Below are positions 37,705 through 47,187 of a DNA stretch of 64,000 nucleotides, one piece after another (position 1 is the first letter of the stretch; every line of letters begins with the position of its first letter). The notes under the pieces are model-generated. The model did no database searches and was not told the DNA's origin. It saw only the letters and a program-made list of their open reading frames with translations. Source of the stretch: Minisyncoccota bacterium (GTDB lineage: Bacteria; Patescibacteriota; Minisyncoccia; Phycocordibacterales; JBAYGS01); NCBI GenBank assembly GCA_041666545.1, contig JBAYGS010000002.1:6065-70064 (forward strand). Direction: 5' to 3'. Made by a program: the position numbers and the translations under genes.

Positions 37705-38085
37705 ATGAGCGAAAAGGAAATTTGGCAATATTGTTGGGACAGAAAAGTTTCTCACTCACGACCCTTGGATAGAGATTTTATCTGGGTCACTAAAGAAGAT
37801 TTCAGTTCGGTAGAGAACCATTTCACTAAAGATATTAATTTCTTGCATTACGGCAAGAGCCAGCGGTCTCGCGGTTTATTTTTTCATCTTCACGCTGTTG
37901 TTCAGGACGACCATGTTTTTATTCATCGAGATAACGGCAATCTGGCCCGGTTTTTACCGCTAGGTTTGATCCACCTGCTACTTGATGTGGTGCCCTATGT
38001 CATATTTTCTCAAGTGAAGAGAGTCCCGATGAGATTAATTTTTGCTCGTCCGAAAACTGAATCGATCAATGAAACTGAAGAATGA
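37705..38085 (+). CDS. Hypothetical protein
   Basis: 126 aa ORF. No motif. Confidence 0.35.
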   Translation: MSEKEIWQYCWDRKVSHSRPLDRDFIWVTKEDFSSVENHFTKDINFLHYGKSQRSRGLFFHLHAVVQDDHVFIHRDNGNLARFLPLGLIHLLLDVVPYVIFSQVKRVPMRLIFARPKTESINETEE

Positions 38086-38362
38086 TAGATATAAAAAGGT
38101 CAGGGGCGGGTACTCCCGCCTTTTGCAAATTGGTTGCCAGAAATGTGGCGAAGTCATTTGCTTGTACCAAAAAGATGGGCCGGGTAATCTCCGCCGGATG
38201 TATCTGGACCGCATAATCGAACCGGCCGTTTCTCTTTCAAGGAAGGATTTATCTTGCCAGAAAGGCCATCTGCTTGGAGTAAAGATAATTTATGACAAGG
38301 AAAAGCGTCCAGCCTTCAGACTTTTTGTTGATTCGGTGACAAAGAAGATAGTTAAAATTTAA
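38042..38362 (+). CDS. Hypothetical protein with possible Zn-ribbon (CQKCGEVIC)
   Basis: 106 aa ORF that overlaps the previous ORF by 44 nt. The true start may be downstream. Confidence 0.3.
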   Translation: MLVRKLNRSMKLKNDRYKKVRGGYSRLLQIGCQKCGEVICLYQKDGPGNLRRMYLDRIIEPAVSLSRKDLSCQKGHLLGVKIIYDKEKRPAFRLFVDSVTKKIVKI

Positions 38363-38495
38363 ATTATTAACTTTTAGCCAGGTCTCATAATTACTAAATA
38401 TCAACTAATCTCTATTGCAGTGTTTTGCAAAACACTGCAATAGAGAAGCGCGTGCTTTTTGTGTCGCTACACTGCTGTTTTAAGGACACCACAGA

Positions 38496-38519
38496 ATGGG
38501 CTATAATACTTGGTATGAA
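38496..38519 (+). promoter_or_regulatory. Promoter module ATGGGCTATAATACTTGGTATGAA driving a leaderless transcript (copy 1)
   Basis: -10 TATAAT ends 7 nt before the ATG at 38515. A 24-nt near-identical copy lies at 39166-39189. Confidence 0.6.
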
Positions 38520-39141
38520 ACTATTTCTCGCCTCATCGTTAAACGAAAGTGCAGTCCTCTTGCCCAAAGTTTTACATTTGGACTTGAATGGTAAGAAGGT
38601 TTTGTTTAGCGCCAATGCGGCCGATGACTATAAAACCGATAAATGGTGGGTTAGGGCAGATCGGGAAGCTTTTATTAAACTTGGTGCTGAAGTCGTTGAT
38701 ATAGATTTTCGCTCGCTAAGTCGGGATGATTTTCTTGCGCACCTAAAAGGCTCTTTTGCGATTCACTTTTGTGGTGGTAGTGTCTTATATCTGATTTCTT
38801 TGCTCAAGGAAAAAGATTTTGTTGGTTTGTTAGTCGACGCAGTGAAGAAGGAAAAGATTATTTACTCTGGCACCAGTGCGGGTTCAATGATTGTTTCTAA
38901 AGATTTAATTTTGTCTAAGCTCGACTCGGATGAGAAGGCATATCTAGACAGGGTTAAGGATTATTCCGGTCTGGGGCTTGTAGATTTTATGGTTATTCCA
39001 CATACCGATAATGCCAGTTTTGCCGAATCAAATGCAGAAATGGTTAAGGCTTTGCCCGAATATCCTCAAGCTCTCATTTTGTTAAATGATAAGCAAGTGG
39101 CCTGGGTCCAAGACGGTAAGGTTGAAATTTTGTCGGCTTGA
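38515..39141 (+). CDS. Peptidase S51 (dipeptidase E-like) family protein
   Basis: GTSAGSMIV nucleophile motif. Start taken at MKLFLASS, directly after the promoter module. Confidence 0.65.
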   Translation: MKLFLASSLNESAVLLPKVLHLDLNGKKVLFSANAADDYKTDKWWVRADREAFIKLGAEVVDIDFRSLSRDDFLAHLKGSFAIHFCGGSVLYLISLLKEKDFVGLLVDAVKKEKIIYSGTSAGSMIVSKDLILSKLDSDEKAYLDRVKDYSGLGLVDFMVIPHTDNASFAESNAEMVKALPEYPQALILLNDKQVAWVQDGKVEILSA

Positions 39142-39165
39142 TCAAGTATTCAATGCGGTCACCTG

Positions 39166-39189
39166 ATGGGCTATAATACCTGGTATGAA
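39166..39189 (+). promoter_or_regulatory. Promoter module ATGGGCTATAATACCTGGTATGAA (copy 2), leaderless
   Basis: Matches 38496-38519 at 23 of 24 positions. The ATG is at 39185. Confidence 0.6.
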
Positions 39190-39937
39190 GCCTAATCTGG
39201 AAATTGTCGCTTTTGATTTGGATGACACCTTAACCTTGAGTCGTGCACCACTTGATGAAGAGATGGCCGAGCTTTTGTGTCGGCTTTTGGCAATTAAGAA
39301 GGTAGCGGTGATTTCCGGCGCGTCTTTCGAGCAATTCAAAAAGCAATTTATCGGGCGACTGACTTGTGTTGATCTAAATTTGAAAAATTTGCTGATTCTA
39401 CCGACGAGTGGTGCCAGTCTCTATGGCTATGATGGCGAATGGAAGCAAATTTATTCTCACAATCTTTCCGAAGCAGAAAGGCAAAAGATTTTTTCCGCTT
39501 TCGATCAGGTTTTCAAGGACACCAATTTTGAAATGCCGGAAAAGATTTATGGCGCCTTGGTAGAGGATCGTGGTTCGCAGGTGACTTTCTCCGGTTTGGG
39601 AAGTGAGGCACCACTAACTTTGAAGACATCTTGGGACCCAACTCATGAAAGACGGAAAAAGTTGGCCGAAGCCTTGAAGAAATACTTGCCGGATTTTGCC
39701 GTGAGTATCGGCGGGGCGACTTCTATTGATGTGACAAAAAGGGGGATTGATAAGGCCTACGGCTTACAACAACTCCTCGGGTACGCTCATTTAAAGCCGG
39801 AAAATCTGCTTTATGTTGGAGATGCCTTGTTTCCGGGTGGCAACGACGCTTCGGTTTTAGGTCTTGGGGTAGAGGTGGCTTCGGTTGGTGAGCCCGGTCT
39901 TGAGGATACCAAGCAGTTAATCACCAGTCTCTTGTAG
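39185..39937 (+). CDS. HAD-IIB family hydrolase (phosphomannomutase-like / Cof-type)
   Basis: VAFDLDDTLT motif I. 250 aa. Confidence 0.7.
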   Translation: MKPNLEIVAFDLDDTLTLSRAPLDEEMAELLCRLLAIKKVAVISGASFEQFKKQFIGRLTCVDLNLKNLLILPTSGASLYGYDGEWKQIYSHNLSEAERQKIFSAFDQVFKDTNFEMPEKIYGALVEDRGSQVTFSGLGSEAPLTLKTSWDPTHERRKKLAEALKKYLPDFAVSIGGATSIDVTKRGIDKAYGLQQLLGYAHLKPENLLYVGDALFPGGNDASVLGLGVEVASVGEPGLEDTKQLITSLL

Positions 39938-39986
39938 ACACTGACAAAACAAGAGAGGTATAATGGTAAGGATTTTCTCCTGAGAC

Positions 39987-40355
39987 TTGATTTGCAGGAG
40001 CCTAAATTTATCAATGACACCTTTTACAGAAAAGCGTCCTTGGGGCGAGTTTCGACAGTTTACATTAAATGAGCCGGTGACGGTTAAAACCATTTTGGTT
40101 AAAAAGGGTGAGGCTTTAAGTTTGCAGAACCATCACCTAAGAACCGAATTTTGGAAAATAATTTCTGGCCATCCCGAGGTGACTATCGGTGAAAAAATCT
40201 TTTCAGCCAAAGCTGGTGACGAATTTACCGTGGGGATTAAGACTAATCACAAAATTGAGGCACCTAAAGACGAAGTTTTGTTGTTGGAGATTTCAAGTGG
40301 GGAATTCAAAGAGGACGATATTGTCCGCTTGAGTGACAAATATGGCCGGGCATAA
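39987..40355 (+). CDS. Cupin domain protein (mannose-6-phosphate isomerase-type cupin)
   Basis: FTEKRPWGEF...SLQNHHLRTEFW...GDEF cupin motifs. Confidence 0.6.
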   Translation: MICRSLNLSMTPFTEKRPWGEFRQFTLNEPVTVKTILVKKGEALSLQNHHLRTEFWKIISGHPEVTIGEKIFSAKAGDEFTVGIKTNHKIEAPKDEVLLLEISSGEFKEDDIVRLSDKYGRA

Positions 40356-40364
40356 GAGGATTCG

Positions 40365-42251
40365 ATGTTCAAAACAATTTTAAAAAAATTTGATGGTGAT
40401 TCCCAAAGGAAGCCATTAGTTGTCGGCAATCACGGCAAAGGGTTCTTCATGCTGGCTCTCGAACATTCAAAATCTAAAGCGGAATTGGTAAAAATTACAA
40501 GCAAGGACGGAGTTGATTTTTCGGGGGCCGCGAAGCCGGTTTCCATCACCCATAAGAGGCAAAAGGTAAATGTTCTAAAATGTGATAATTTTCGTTTGTT
40601 TTGTCACGGCGCAGAAACTTTCTTGACTTACACCAAGACTGATGCCCGAGGTATTAAATCGTACTATGCGGCCTCCAAAGATTTTATAAAATGGCGGGTA
40701 ATTGGGGAGACTTCCGGCTTGCACAGTTCGGCCCTTTTTGTGCCGAAGTCAATCCAAAAAAGCTTGCCGGCCATTTATTTTGGCAGTGAGCGGGTTCGGG
40801 TGGCAACTCTGGACAATCAAAAGAAGTGGAAGGTCACCGAACCTTTCCGGGTGCCGAGCTGGCATTTCTTTGAGAATGCGCCCTTTCGGATAATTGGCGG
40901 TTATCCGGCTAAGGACGGGACAGTCATATTTTTTGAGGCCCAAATCGTAGCCGATATTTTTCATGACTCAAGCTTGCGCGACGAAAAGGTGGGCGAGGAA
41001 TGTTATCTCAAAATTGGGATGGCGATTTTTGCCAAACATGATCCCGTTCAGCTGTTGTGGCAGACTGAGCTGCCTTTAATCGAGTTGCCACTTGAGTCTG
41101 GGGCCAAGATGTCGGTGATAAGTGTGGTACCGATTAAAAGCAAGCACAAGGTTTTCTTTCGATTTTATACAGCTATAGCTGATGGGAAGATTGGCTTTTT
41201 CGAGTTTGATGAAGATGTAATCAGTGACCACCTGAATCGCAAGCCGACTGCCCTTTTGAAATCGCATAAAAATCCGATTTTGCGCCCGACTGCCCACAAT
41301 TGGGAAAGCGAAGGCGCCTTTAACCCGGCAGCTTTGCATTTGGATGATAAAGTTTATTTGTTATATCGAGCCGTTGGCAATGATGGCTGGTCGCGAATTG
41401 GTTATGCTTCGAGCCAAGACGGCGTTAATTTTTCCGAGCGTCTGGCAAAGCCGATTTATAATTTACATGACCAGTTTAATATCGATAGGTCGAAAGGTTT
41501 TGATCAGGGGCTGTTTCACTCGGGGGGCAGTTGGGGAGGTTGCGAAGATCCGAAGCTCACACGGATTGGTGATCGAATCTATTTAACTTTTGTGGCGCAT
41601 ACCGGTTCGTGGCCGACGAGAACCGCGCTGACTTCGATTTCAGTTTCTGATTTCAAAGCCAAGCGTTGGCGCTGGGTGAGGCCGATGCTGATGTCAGCCC
41701 CGAATGTTGGCAGTAAAAGTGTGGTCATTTTGCCGGAGAAGGTGAACGGCAACTACATTGTCTTTCATCGAGTTTGGCCAAACATTGTCGTCGATGCCGT
41801 GCCCGAGCTTGAGTTTGGCGTCAATAAGAGGTGGCTTCAGAGCAAGCATTTTATTCGTCCGCGAAAGTCTTTTTGGGATAGTCAAAAGTTATCGATGGGC
41901 GCGGCACCAATCAAGACTCCGAGAGGTTGGCTGGCGATTTACAACGCGGTTGATCGGCGCGATTCTTCCAAGTATAAGATTGGGGCGATGCTTCTGGATT
42001 TGCTCAATCCGGCCAAGGTTATTGCTCGTAGCCGTCGTCCGATTCTTTCGCCGGATCTTTGGTATGAAAATGATGGCAAGCCAGGTGTCGCTTATCCCGG
42101 TGGGGCAGTCGAGATCAATGGAATGCTCCATGTCTATTATGGCGGCGCTGATAAAGTTAGTTGCCTGGCCACCATCAAAACAGCCGATTTGGTTTCGGAT
42201 CTGTTGAAAGATCGAATGCCGGAGTTTAAGATTAAGCCGATCAGTTTGTAA
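40365..42251 (+). CDS. Tandem double GH130-like (beta-mannoside phosphorylase / DUF377 beta-propeller) protein
   Basis: 628 aa. Two repeats each carrying the G(Y)ASSxDG...(G)CEDP(K/R)...YY(G)GAD pattern. Confidence 0.6.
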   Translation: MFKTILKKFDGDSQRKPLVVGNHGKGFFMLALEHSKSKAELVKITSKDGVDFSGAAKPVSITHKRQKVNVLKCDNFRLFCHGAETFLTYTKTDARGIKSYYAASKDFIKWRVIGETSGLHSSALFVPKSIQKSLPAIYFGSERVRVATLDNQKKWKVTEPFRVPSWHFFENAPFRIIGGYPAKDGTVIFFEAQIVADIFHDSSLRDEKVGEECYLKIGMAIFAKHDPVQLLWQTELPLIELPLESGAKMSVISVVPIKSKHKVFFRFYTAIADGKIGFFEFDEDVISDHLNRKPTALLKSHKNPILRPTAHNWESEGAFNPAALHLDDKVYLLYRAVGNDGWSRIGYASSQDGVNFSERLAKPIYNLHDQFNIDRSKGFDQGLFHSGGSWGGCEDPKLTRIGDRIYLTFVAHTGSWPTRTALTSISVSDFKAKRWRWVRPMLMSAPNVGSKSVVILPEKVNGNYIVFHRVWPNIVVDAVPELEFGVNKRWLQSKHFIRPRKSFWDSQKLSMGAAPIKTPRGWLAIYNAVDRRDSSKYKIGAMLLDLLNPAKVIARSRRPILSPDLWYENDGKPGVAYPGGAVEINGMLHVYYGGADKVSCLATIKTADLVSDLLKDRMPEFKIKPISL

Positions 42252-42272
42252 TCAATAAAATAATCTACTTCA

Positions 42273-44225
42273 ATGTTTGTTGCTAAACGATCGCACCACA
42301 ATCCGATTTTAGTTCCTGACCGAGATCACTTTTGGGAATCCACGGCGGCTTTTAATATGTGTCCGGTGAAATGTGGCAGTAAGACACTCGGCCTGTTTCG
42401 GGCGATTTCCGGCATCGACAATTTGGTTGAGCCGCACCAGATGTCGACGATTGGCATTGCCGAGAGTACTGACGGCGATCATTTTGACAAGCGGGCGCAA
42501 TTTATCACCCCGGAAGCTGAATGGGAAAAATTTGGCTGTGAAGATCCACGAGTCACTTTTTTTGAGGGCAAGTATTACATTTTTTATACGGCCCTTTCAA
42601 CCTATCCTTTCTCGGCGAGTGGCATTAAGGTGGCGGTGGCGGTCTCGACTGATTTGAAGAAGGTCTCTGAGCGACATTTGGTGACGCCTTTCAACGCTAA
42701 GGCCATGACGCTTTTTCCAAAGCGGATTAACGGCAAGGTCACGGTAATTTTCAGCATCAACACCGATGCACCGCCGGCTAAAATAGCGATTGCTCAAGCT
42801 GATTCGATAGAGGAGTTCTGGTCACCGGAATTTTGGGAGAAGTGGAGGCTTAGCACTGGCATAAATTATCTCGATCCACGCCGCAATGAATTTGATCATG
42901 TGGAGATCGGCGCTCCGCCCCTTGAAACCAAATGTGGCTGGCTCTTGATTTATTCTCACATCCAAAACTATTTCCCCAACCCGGATCATTTTGATCGGGC
43001 TTTCGGTATTGAGGCGCTTTTGCTTGATATCAATGAACCGCACAAAATTATTGGGCGCACCAGCGGACCAATCTTGGTTCCGGAAGAGCCCTATGAGCTT
43101 TTGGGTTTTGTCGCCAATGTAATCTTTCCAACGGGGGCAATGATTGAGAAGGATACCCTCAATATTTATTACGGCGCCGCCGATACAACCGCTTGCCGAG
43201 CTTCGGTGAGTTTCCCCGATCTTTTGGCTAGTATTCGGCCGGAGACGACGAACGATTGGCGATTGAAGCGCTATCAAGATAATCCGATTCTAGCTTCTAA
43301 TACTGGTAATGTCTGGGAAGATAAGGCTGTCTTCAATCCGGGAGTTTTGGATTTGGACGGTAAAATCCATATTTTGTATCGCGCCCTTTCCAATGATAAT
43401 ACTTCGACGATTGGTTACGCTTCGACGGTTGATGGATTTACGATTAGAGAGAGACTAAGCGCGCCGGCCTATTTGCCTCGTGAAGCCTTTGAAATGAAAA
43501 AAATTGCGAATGCCAACTCGGGTTGTGAAGATCCGCGCCTCACTAAAATCGGCAAAGAAATCTATATGTGCTACACCGCTTTCGATGGTATCGGCCCGCC
43601 ACGGGTCGCGGTCACTTCAATTTCCGAAAAGGATTTTCTTGATAAGAAGTGGAACTGGAAGATGCCGGTTTTGATTACCCCTAAAGACATTGATGACAAG
43701 GACGCCTGTCTTTTCCCGGATAAAGTTGACGGTAAATATTTTATTTTGCATCGCGTCGGCAGTGACATTTGTGGCGACTATTTAAACTCTTTAAGTTTTA
43801 AAACCGAGAAAGTCGACAAGTGTATTCGGGTCCTTGGTCCGCGAGTAGGCACTTGGGATAGTGCCAAAGTCGGCATCGGCGGTCCGCCGATTAAAACGCC
43901 CAAAGGCTGGCTTCTGCTTTACCATGCAGTCTCAAAAAATCACCACACTTATAGAATCGGCGCGGTTCTGCTCGATTTGAAGGATCCGACCGATGTTTTG
44001 GCTCGTTCGACTGATCCGATTTTTGAGCCGGTGGAAATGTATGAAAAATTTGGCTTGGTCAATAATGTGGTTTTCACCTGTGGAATGGCGATTAAAGGTG
44101 GCACGCTTTATGTTTATTACGGCGGGGGAGACAAAGTTGTGGGAGTGGCGACAATGAAATTAAAAATTTTGCTTGATGCTTTGGTGCGGGGTTCTAAACT
44201 ATCTTTTACCGGACACTGGTATTAA
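42273..44225 (+). CDS. Tandem double GH130-like protein, paralog of 40365-42251
   Basis: 650 aa. CEDPRVTFFEGKYYIFYTA and GCEDPRLTKIGKEIYMCYTAF. Ends YYGGGDKVVGVAT. Confidence 0.6.
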   Translation: MFVAKRSHHNPILVPDRDHFWESTAAFNMCPVKCGSKTLGLFRAISGIDNLVEPHQMSTIGIAESTDGDHFDKRAQFITPEAEWEKFGCEDPRVTFFEGKYYIFYTALSTYPFSASGIKVAVAVSTDLKKVSERHLVTPFNAKAMTLFPKRINGKVTVIFSINTDAPPAKIAIAQADSIEEFWSPEFWEKWRLSTGINYLDPRRNEFDHVEIGAPPLETKCGWLLIYSHIQNYFPNPDHFDRAFGIEALLLDINEPHKIIGRTSGPILVPEEPYELLGFVANVIFPTGAMIEKDTLNIYYGAADTTACRASVSFPDLLASIRPETTNDWRLKRYQDNPILASNTGNVWEDKAVFNPGVLDLDGKIHILYRALSNDNTSTIGYASTVDGFTIRERLSAPAYLPREAFEMKKIANANSGCEDPRLTKIGKEIYMCYTAFDGIGPPRVAVTSISEKDFLDKKWNWKMPVLITPKDIDDKDACLFPDKVDGKYFILHRVGSDICGDYLNSLSFKTEKVDKCIRVLGPRVGTWDSAKVGIGGPPIKTPKGWLLLYHAVSKNHHTYRIGAVLLDLKDPTDVLARSTDPIFEPVEMYEKFGLVNNVVFTCGMAIKGGTLYVYYGGGDKVVGVATMKLKILLDALVRGSKLSFTGHWY

Positions 44226-44231
44226 GGGACT

Positions 44232-44486
44232 ATGTATTTTCTTTATATTCTTGAATGTGGTGATCATTCTCTCTACACCGGGATAACCACTGACCTAAAA
44301 CGCCGGTTTAAAGAGCATCAAAATAAACAAGGCGGGCATTACACCCGCGCCAGAAAAGTCTTGCGAGTTGTGTATACTGAAAGCTATAAAGACCGTTCGT
44401 CAGCCTCGAAAAGAGAATTGGAAGTCAAGGGATGGAAAAGAAGCAAAAAGCTTGAATTGGCTAAACTGGCAAAACGAAATCACTAA
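44232..44486 (+). CDS. GIY-YIG nuclease superfamily protein (UPF0213-like)
   Basis: MYFLYILECGDHSLYTGITTDLKRRFKEH. 84 aa. Confidence 0.75.
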   Translation: MYFLYILECGDHSLYTGITTDLKRRFKEHQNKQGGHYTRARKVLRVVYTESYKDRSSASKRELEVKGWKRSKKLELAKLAKRNH

Positions 44487-44612
44487 TACAGCTAAATACT
44501 GAGGCCAGCAGGCTGAACGTGTCAGAGATTAAAAGTTGGCCCAGAAAAAGTAAATTGGAGCTAATCAAATCTTGTCATAGATGATAAGGTCAAATTTTGT
44601 TATAATTTAGTA

Positions 44613-44945
44613 ATGAATATATTCAATCCACATGAGCAAGCACAAGAAAAGATTCCCACAAATGGGGAGGTTTTAGGAGTCATTATGCGACAGGCCGAAA
44701 AAGCTGTGGTTGTCCGTGAGTTGTCTGACGAGCAAGGTCTCTATTTTCTTGAGGCAGAAGTAAAAGGTGAGAAATTGGGAGAAATCACCCGATATGAATA
44801 CTGTAGAAAAGGGCATTTCCCGGACGGTAATAAGTCAACAGGAACTGTAATTCACGTTGTGTTTTATGAAGGCGACACGGCGGTTGGTGGTCACAATATT
44901 GCCGACTTTAATTCAGAGACAGGAGAATGGAAGTATACAACATAA
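44613..44945 (+). CDS. Hypothetical protein
   Basis: 110 aa. -10 GTTATAAT lies 7 nt before the ATG (leaderless). Confidence 0.4.
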   Translation: MNIFNPHEQAQEKIPTNGEVLGVIMRQAEKAVVVRELSDEQGLYFLEAEVKGEKLGEITRYEYCRKGHFPDGNKSTGTVIHVVFYEGDTAVGGHNIADFNSETGEWKYTT

Positions 44946-45192
44946 GAGCGAAATCATGGCCAAAATCAAATTTGCCAATTTTGCGGTATTTATAATTTTT
45001 TTTGGGGTTGCCTTTGTTGAAGCAATTCAAGAAAATAATTGGCTAGAGGCGAGTCTTTTTATGCTACTCGGCGTAATATCTTTTCGGGCTGATTTTCGGT
45101 AGACAGTGGTTAATCTATAAATGAAGGACTGCGGGCAGTACTTACACCAGGTGCTTTACATATTATTAATTGTGTGCTAGTCTGGTTTCAGA

Positions 45193-45660
45193 ATGAAAAC
45201 CAAGCTAGTTCCTACCATTGAAGACGCAATTGCTTTTGCGGCTCTGAAGCACAAGGGCGCCAAGGATCGAATCGGAGAACCATACATCCTGCATCCTTTG
45301 AGTGTGATGCAGCGAATGAAGACCGAAACTGAACGTATTGTTGCGGCCCTTCACGATGTGGTCGAAGATTGTGGAGTTTCTATCGAAGAACTCCGCGCGC
45401 TCGGCTACAGCGAGGAGGTTTTGGAAGCGCTCAGTTTTGTGACCAAACGTCCCGAGGAGCTCGACGATTATCCGGTTTTTATTGGTCGAATCAAAAACGG
45501 CCCGACTCTCGCTATCAAAGTGAAGTTGGCCGATTTGGCCGACAACACTGACCCGAATCGTCGGACAGTCGATGGTGAAGCGACTCGGGCGAGGATGGAA
45601 AAGTACCGTCAAGCTATCCAGGTCTTGGAGCACGAGCTCGTTTTAAGGGGTGAGTTCTGA
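45193..45660 (+). CDS. HD-domain phosphohydrolase-like protein
   Basis: H...HD (ILHPLSV...ALHDVVED) metal-binding pattern. 155 aa. Confidence 0.55.
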   Translation: MKTKLVPTIEDAIAFAALKHKGAKDRIGEPYILHPLSVMQRMKTETERIVAALHDVVEDCGVSIEELRALGYSEEVLEALSFVTKRPEELDDYPVFIGRIKNGPTLAIKVKLADLADNTDPNRRTVDGEATRARMEKYRQAIQVLEHELVLRGEF

Positions 45661-45740
45661 AGATGTAAATAAACAACTCGACGCCGAAAGGTGTCGAGTT
45701 TTTAATTGCAGAATAAGCCTGCCGGCCCTATCATTAAGGT

Positions 45741-47138
45741 ATGAATGATTTTCCTGCTCCTTCGGAAAAAGAATTACCCCGCCCGCCCGGCTTAAGGCAC
45801 GCGATCGGTGTTGGTATTGTAGTGGTTGGAATGGCAATGGGCACCGGCGAACTGATTATGTGGCCCCACTTGGTCACTCGTTATGGTTTGGTAATTCTTT
45901 GGTTTGCGCTCGTCGGTATCACGATTCAATATTTTATTAATCAGGAAGTGGCTAGGCACACATTGGCGACCGGTGAAAGTTTCTTCACCTCTTCAGCGCG
46001 AGTTTTGCGTTATTCGCCGATTTTCTGGTTAGGTGCGGCGGTCTTGCTTTACATTTGGCCGGCGTGGGCGACTGCTCTGGGTACGATTTTAGCCAAGCTT
46101 TTTGGTTTCGGTGGTTATCTGTTTTGGGCCTGGGCCTCGCTTCTTTTAGTGTTAATTATCACTTTCTCTGGAAAAGTCGCCTATCGTGTTCTTGAACGGT
46201 CCCTTAAGATTACTGTGCCGGTATTTTTTGTTTTGCTGGTAATCATCAGCTTCAAAAATCTTAATTCAGAAATCATCTCGGACGCGGTACGGGGTCTCTT
46301 TAATTTTGGTTATGTACCGGCCAATGTTGATTGGTCAGTACTTTTGGGTGCGATTGTTTTTGCTGGTGCTGGTGGAATGTTGAATCTTTGCGTTTCGCTT
46401 TGGTATCGAGATAAGCAACTTGGGATGTCGCATTATATTGGCCGAATCGCTAATCCGATTTCGGGGTTGCCGGAAGCGGTTTCGGTCACTGGGCACTATT
46501 TTACCGATAGTCAGGAAAATCTTTCTCGGTGGAGGGGTTGGATGAATTATGTGCGGATTGATCAAGGTCTAATCTTTTGGTTTTTGGGCCTTTTAACTTT
46601 ATTTCTACTTTCGGTTAACGCCTATGCCGTGCTTTCGCCTTTAGGAATTGTTCCGGCCGGTCTCGATTTGGTCTCAGCCCAGGCGCGGATTTTCTCTGAC
46701 AGTTGGGGATCAATCGGGGAAAAGCTTTATCTGGTGATGGCTTACCTGATGCTTTTTTCGGTGATGTGGACGGTGCTCGATGCCTTGACCAGAATTGTTT
46801 CTGATATTATTCACACAAACTCTCGGGCCGGCAAATTGGTGGCAATTTTCAAATCAGCCGAAAGATTTTCGATTCACCATTTATATTACGGTCTTATGGT
46901 AGTGTTCGTATTTTTGAGTGCTATCTTGGTGCCGTTTCAGCAACCATTTGTTTTCTTAGTGATTACCTCGGTTTTGGGAGGTTTGGTCACAGCGCTCTAT
47001 ATTCCACTCTTGCTTTATTTGAATAACCGCAAACTTCACAAAAGTCTCCGGCCGAGCTGGGGGACAAATCTGGTTTTAGTTTTGAGCGCAATTTTCTATT
47101 GGTACTTTGTTTACAACGTTATTTCCAGTTTGTTCTAA
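45741..47138 (+). CDS. Nramp-like divalent metal transporter (tentative)
   Basis: 465 aa, 11-12 TM segments. GMAMGTGEL motif in TM1 region. Confidence 0.5.
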   Translation: MNDFPAPSEKELPRPPGLRHAIGVGIVVVGMAMGTGELIMWPHLVTRYGLVILWFALVGITIQYFINQEVARHTLATGESFFTSSARVLRYSPIFWLGAAVLLYIWPAWATALGTILAKLFGFGGYLFWAWASLLLVLIITFSGKVAYRVLERSLKITVPVFFVLLVIISFKNLNSEIISDAVRGLFNFGYVPANVDWSVLLGAIVFAGAGGMLNLCVSLWYRDKQLGMSHYIGRIANPISGLPEAVSVTGHYFTDSQENLSRWRGWMNYVRIDQGLIFWFLGLLTLFLLSVNAYAVLSPLGIVPAGLDLVSAQARIFSDSWGSIGEKLYLVMAYLMLFSVMWTVLDALTRIVSDIIHTNSRAGKLVAIFKSAERFSIHHLYYGLMVVFVFLSAILVPFQQPFVFLVITSVLGGLVTALYIPLLLYLNNRKLHKSLRPSWGTNLVLVLSAIFYWYFVYNVISSLF

Positions 47139-47187
47139 AAGATGTAAGACCACAAATGGCGCAAGCGCTCCATGCTATAATTTGGAA

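Noticed and set aside
26771-45215. 14-nt exact match CCAAGCTAGTTCCT at 26771-26784 and 45202-45215.
   Set aside because: Several exact 14-mer matches are expected by chance in 64 kb on two strands. One copy is coding and the other intergenic, so it is treated as coincidence.
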